This document shows, piece by piece, positions 16,004 to 17,182 of a DNA stretch of 17,182 nt. The notes beneath the pieces were generated by a model. That model searched no databases and was not told the DNA's origin. It saw only the letters and a list, made by a program, of their open reading frames with translations. Each line of letters opens with the position of its first letter. The stretch's first letter is position 1. Made by a program: the position numbers and the translations under genes. The stretch comes from Pseudomonadota bacterium (GTDB lineage: Bacteria > Bdellovibrionota_B > Oligoflexia > Silvanigrellales > Silvanigrellaceae), in NCBI GenBank assembly GCA_039799905.1, contig JBDLRP010000023.1, positions 1-17,182 on the forward strand, given 5' to 3'.

Positions 16004-16038
16004 CGTCCGACTATCAGACACTGTCAAATGCTTAAACA
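16004..16038 (+). promoter_or_regulatory. Putative tandem enhancer-binding-protein sites (UAS) upstream of the sigma54 promoter
   Basis: Two adjacent 17-bp imperfect palindromes, CGTC-N8-AGACA (16004-16020) and TGTC-N8-AAACA (16022-16038), centred about 75-95 bp upstream of the predicted TSS. Confidence 0.45.
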
Positions 16039-16079
16039 CCGACATTCTTAAAAAGTGCCGCGATTTCAGACCCTCAGAT

Positions 16080-16095
16080 TGGCACAACGATTGCT
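16080..16095 (+). promoter_or_regulatory. Sigma54 (RpoN) -24/-12 promoter
   Basis: TGGCAC-AACGA-TTGCT, an exact match to TGGCAC-N5-TTGCW with GG-N10-GC spacing. Intergenic and about 45 nt upstream of ATG 16140. Confidence 0.8.
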
Positions 16096-16139
16096 CGAAG
16101 CCCTTCGAAGTTCAATTTTGTGCGTATGAGGAGTCCAAC

Positions 16140-16943
16140 ATGAAATTCGTAAAATCGTTGTCAGTCTTTGCGCTGATGTTCACGGTAGTCGCGTGCGGCC
16201 GTGCTGATACGGACGATGCCGGATTTCTCGCTGCGGGCGGCAGCGGTCCAGACTTCATCGTGATCGGGAATCAAAAGACATTTCTCAAAAAGACAGCTGA
16301 AGACTCAAGCGACCTCAGCGCGGGAAGCGAAAAGTGCGAAATTCCCGCCGGAACGAAGGTGTTGCTGCAGGGGCAGCCGACTTTTTCGGGCAACCACTAC
16401 TATGTCAAGACGGCTGATTTGTTGTCGAACTGTTCTTTCCACAACGGTTATGTTTTTACCGGACACGTCGCCAGCACAAGCATCAAACGCATGTTTTCTG
16501 CCAATATGCATGCTTTCCTTGATGTCATTGCCTATGCAGAAGGTACCGACAGACAAGGCAAAGGCGGCGGTTACAACGTGAACTACTCGGGAGCTACCTT
16601 CAACAGCTACTCTAGACATCCGATGTGGCTGATTTGTAGTGGTTATTGTTCCGATGCTGCGGGTCGCTACCAAATAAAATCTGACACATGGGGCGATGTG
16701 CGTCGCGAATTGAATCTGCCGGATTTTTCGCCGCGCAGTCAGGATCGCGCAGCGGTCCAGTTGATCAAGTGGCGCGGCGGTTACGATGATGTGGAGCGCA
16801 TCGACGGCGTGAATTCATTTAGCAACGCTCTCTATGCAGTCCGCTACGAATGGGCATCGCTCCCGCACAGCCCCTACGGACAGCCGATCAAGAGCGTCGG
16901 CGAATTGTGGGCGAAATTTAAAGAGTACAGAGGGCGCTATTGA
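16140..16943 (+). CDS. Lipoprotein with a C-terminal phage-lambda-R-type lysozyme / lytic transglycosylase (GH104-like)
   Basis: GAGGAG RBS; lipobox VVA-C. C-terminal AFLDVIAYAEGT (catalytic Glu position), HP, S.AAGRYQ...TW, LPDFSP.SQD.AA..LI, EWASLP.SPYGQ. Confidence 0.88.
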   Translation: MKFVKSLSVFALMFTVVACGRADTDDAGFLAAGGSGPDFIVIGNQKTFLKKTAEDSSDLSAGSEKCEIPAGTKVLLQGQPTFSGNHYYVKTADLLSNCSFHNGYVFTGHVASTSIKRMFSANMHAFLDVIAYAEGTDRQGKGGGYNVNYSGATFNSYSRHPMWLICSGYCSDAAGRYQIKSDTWGDVRRELNLPDFSPRSQDRAAVQLIKWRGGYDDVERIDGVNSFSNALYAVRYEWASLPHSPYGQPIKSVGELWAKFKEYRGRY

Positions 16944-16946
16944 GGG

Positions 16947-17182
16947 TCAGTGTGCGCGGCCATCATGCATGGATGAGTTGAGATACTCTGCGAATCCACC
17001 CTCGTAAATCTGCATCTCGCCGTGGTCGATGCGAAAGACGCGATTGCTGATTTGTGAGAGAAAATGACGGTCGTGGCTCACGACAATGACAGTACCTTCG
17101 AAATCCTTCAACGCGTCGGTGAGAATCTCTCGGGAGCGAATGTCGAGGTGGTTGGTCGGTTCGTCGAGGATGATGAAGTTGA
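16947..17182 (-). CDS. ABC-F family ATP-binding protein, 3' end (runs off the window)
   Basis: Manual translation of the minus strand: NFIILDEPTNHLDIRSREILTDALKDFEGTVIVVSHDRHFLSQISNRVFRIDHGEMQIYEGGFAEYL...H*. Walker B/D-loop LDEPTNHLD and H-loop VSHDR. Not in the ORF track. Confidence 0.92.
   Translation of the reverse strand, partial: NFIILDEPTNHLDIRSREILTDALKDFEGTVIVVSHDRHFLSQISNRVFRIDHGEMQIYEGGFAEYLNSSMHDGRAH

Noticed and set aside
16140..16943. Prophage lysis cassette
   Set aside because: No holin, spanin, structural or integrase genes nearby. The gene has a lipoprotein signal and a host sigma54 promoter, and is flanked by an ABC-F gene.
1..17182. CRISPR array, tRNA/rRNA, IS element or anti-phage defence system
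   Set aside because: No regularly spaced repeats, RNA-gene signatures, transposase or nuclease motifs were seen. The VWA and methyltransferase genes have envelope and lipid-type features rather than defence-type features.

Overview
Gene-dense bacterial chromosomal window with no rRNA, tRNA, CRISPR or mobile element that I can see. The many uncharacterised Cys-rich lipoproteins and the sigma28-like and sigma54 promoter motifs suggest a Bdellovibrionota/Oligoflexia-type organism; this is inference only. 1-6200 (+) is a tightly coupled catabolic-looking operon: family III CoA-transferase (5'-truncated), HMG-CoA-lyase-family lyase, a divergent LeuC/LeuD-type hydratase pair without leuA/leuB, a bicupin and an MFS transporter. 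It looks like a pathway for a substituted maleate or malate. Next come an orphan lipoprotein, an in-frame fusion of free methionine-R-sulfoxide reductase (GAF/MsrC) with glyoxalase I (GloA), a CxxCH beta-solenoid-like lipoprotein, a secreted DUF1838-like protein, a PmtA-like methyltransferase plus VWA lipoprotein pair, and a host-attachment/baeRF-like protein. The window ends with a Cys-rich lipoprotein plus CxxCH protein pair, a lipoprotein carrying a lambda-type lysozyme behind a consensus sigma54 promoter, and the 3' end of an ABC-F ATPase that the ORF track missed. Family calls come from motif recognition by eye; no database searches were run.
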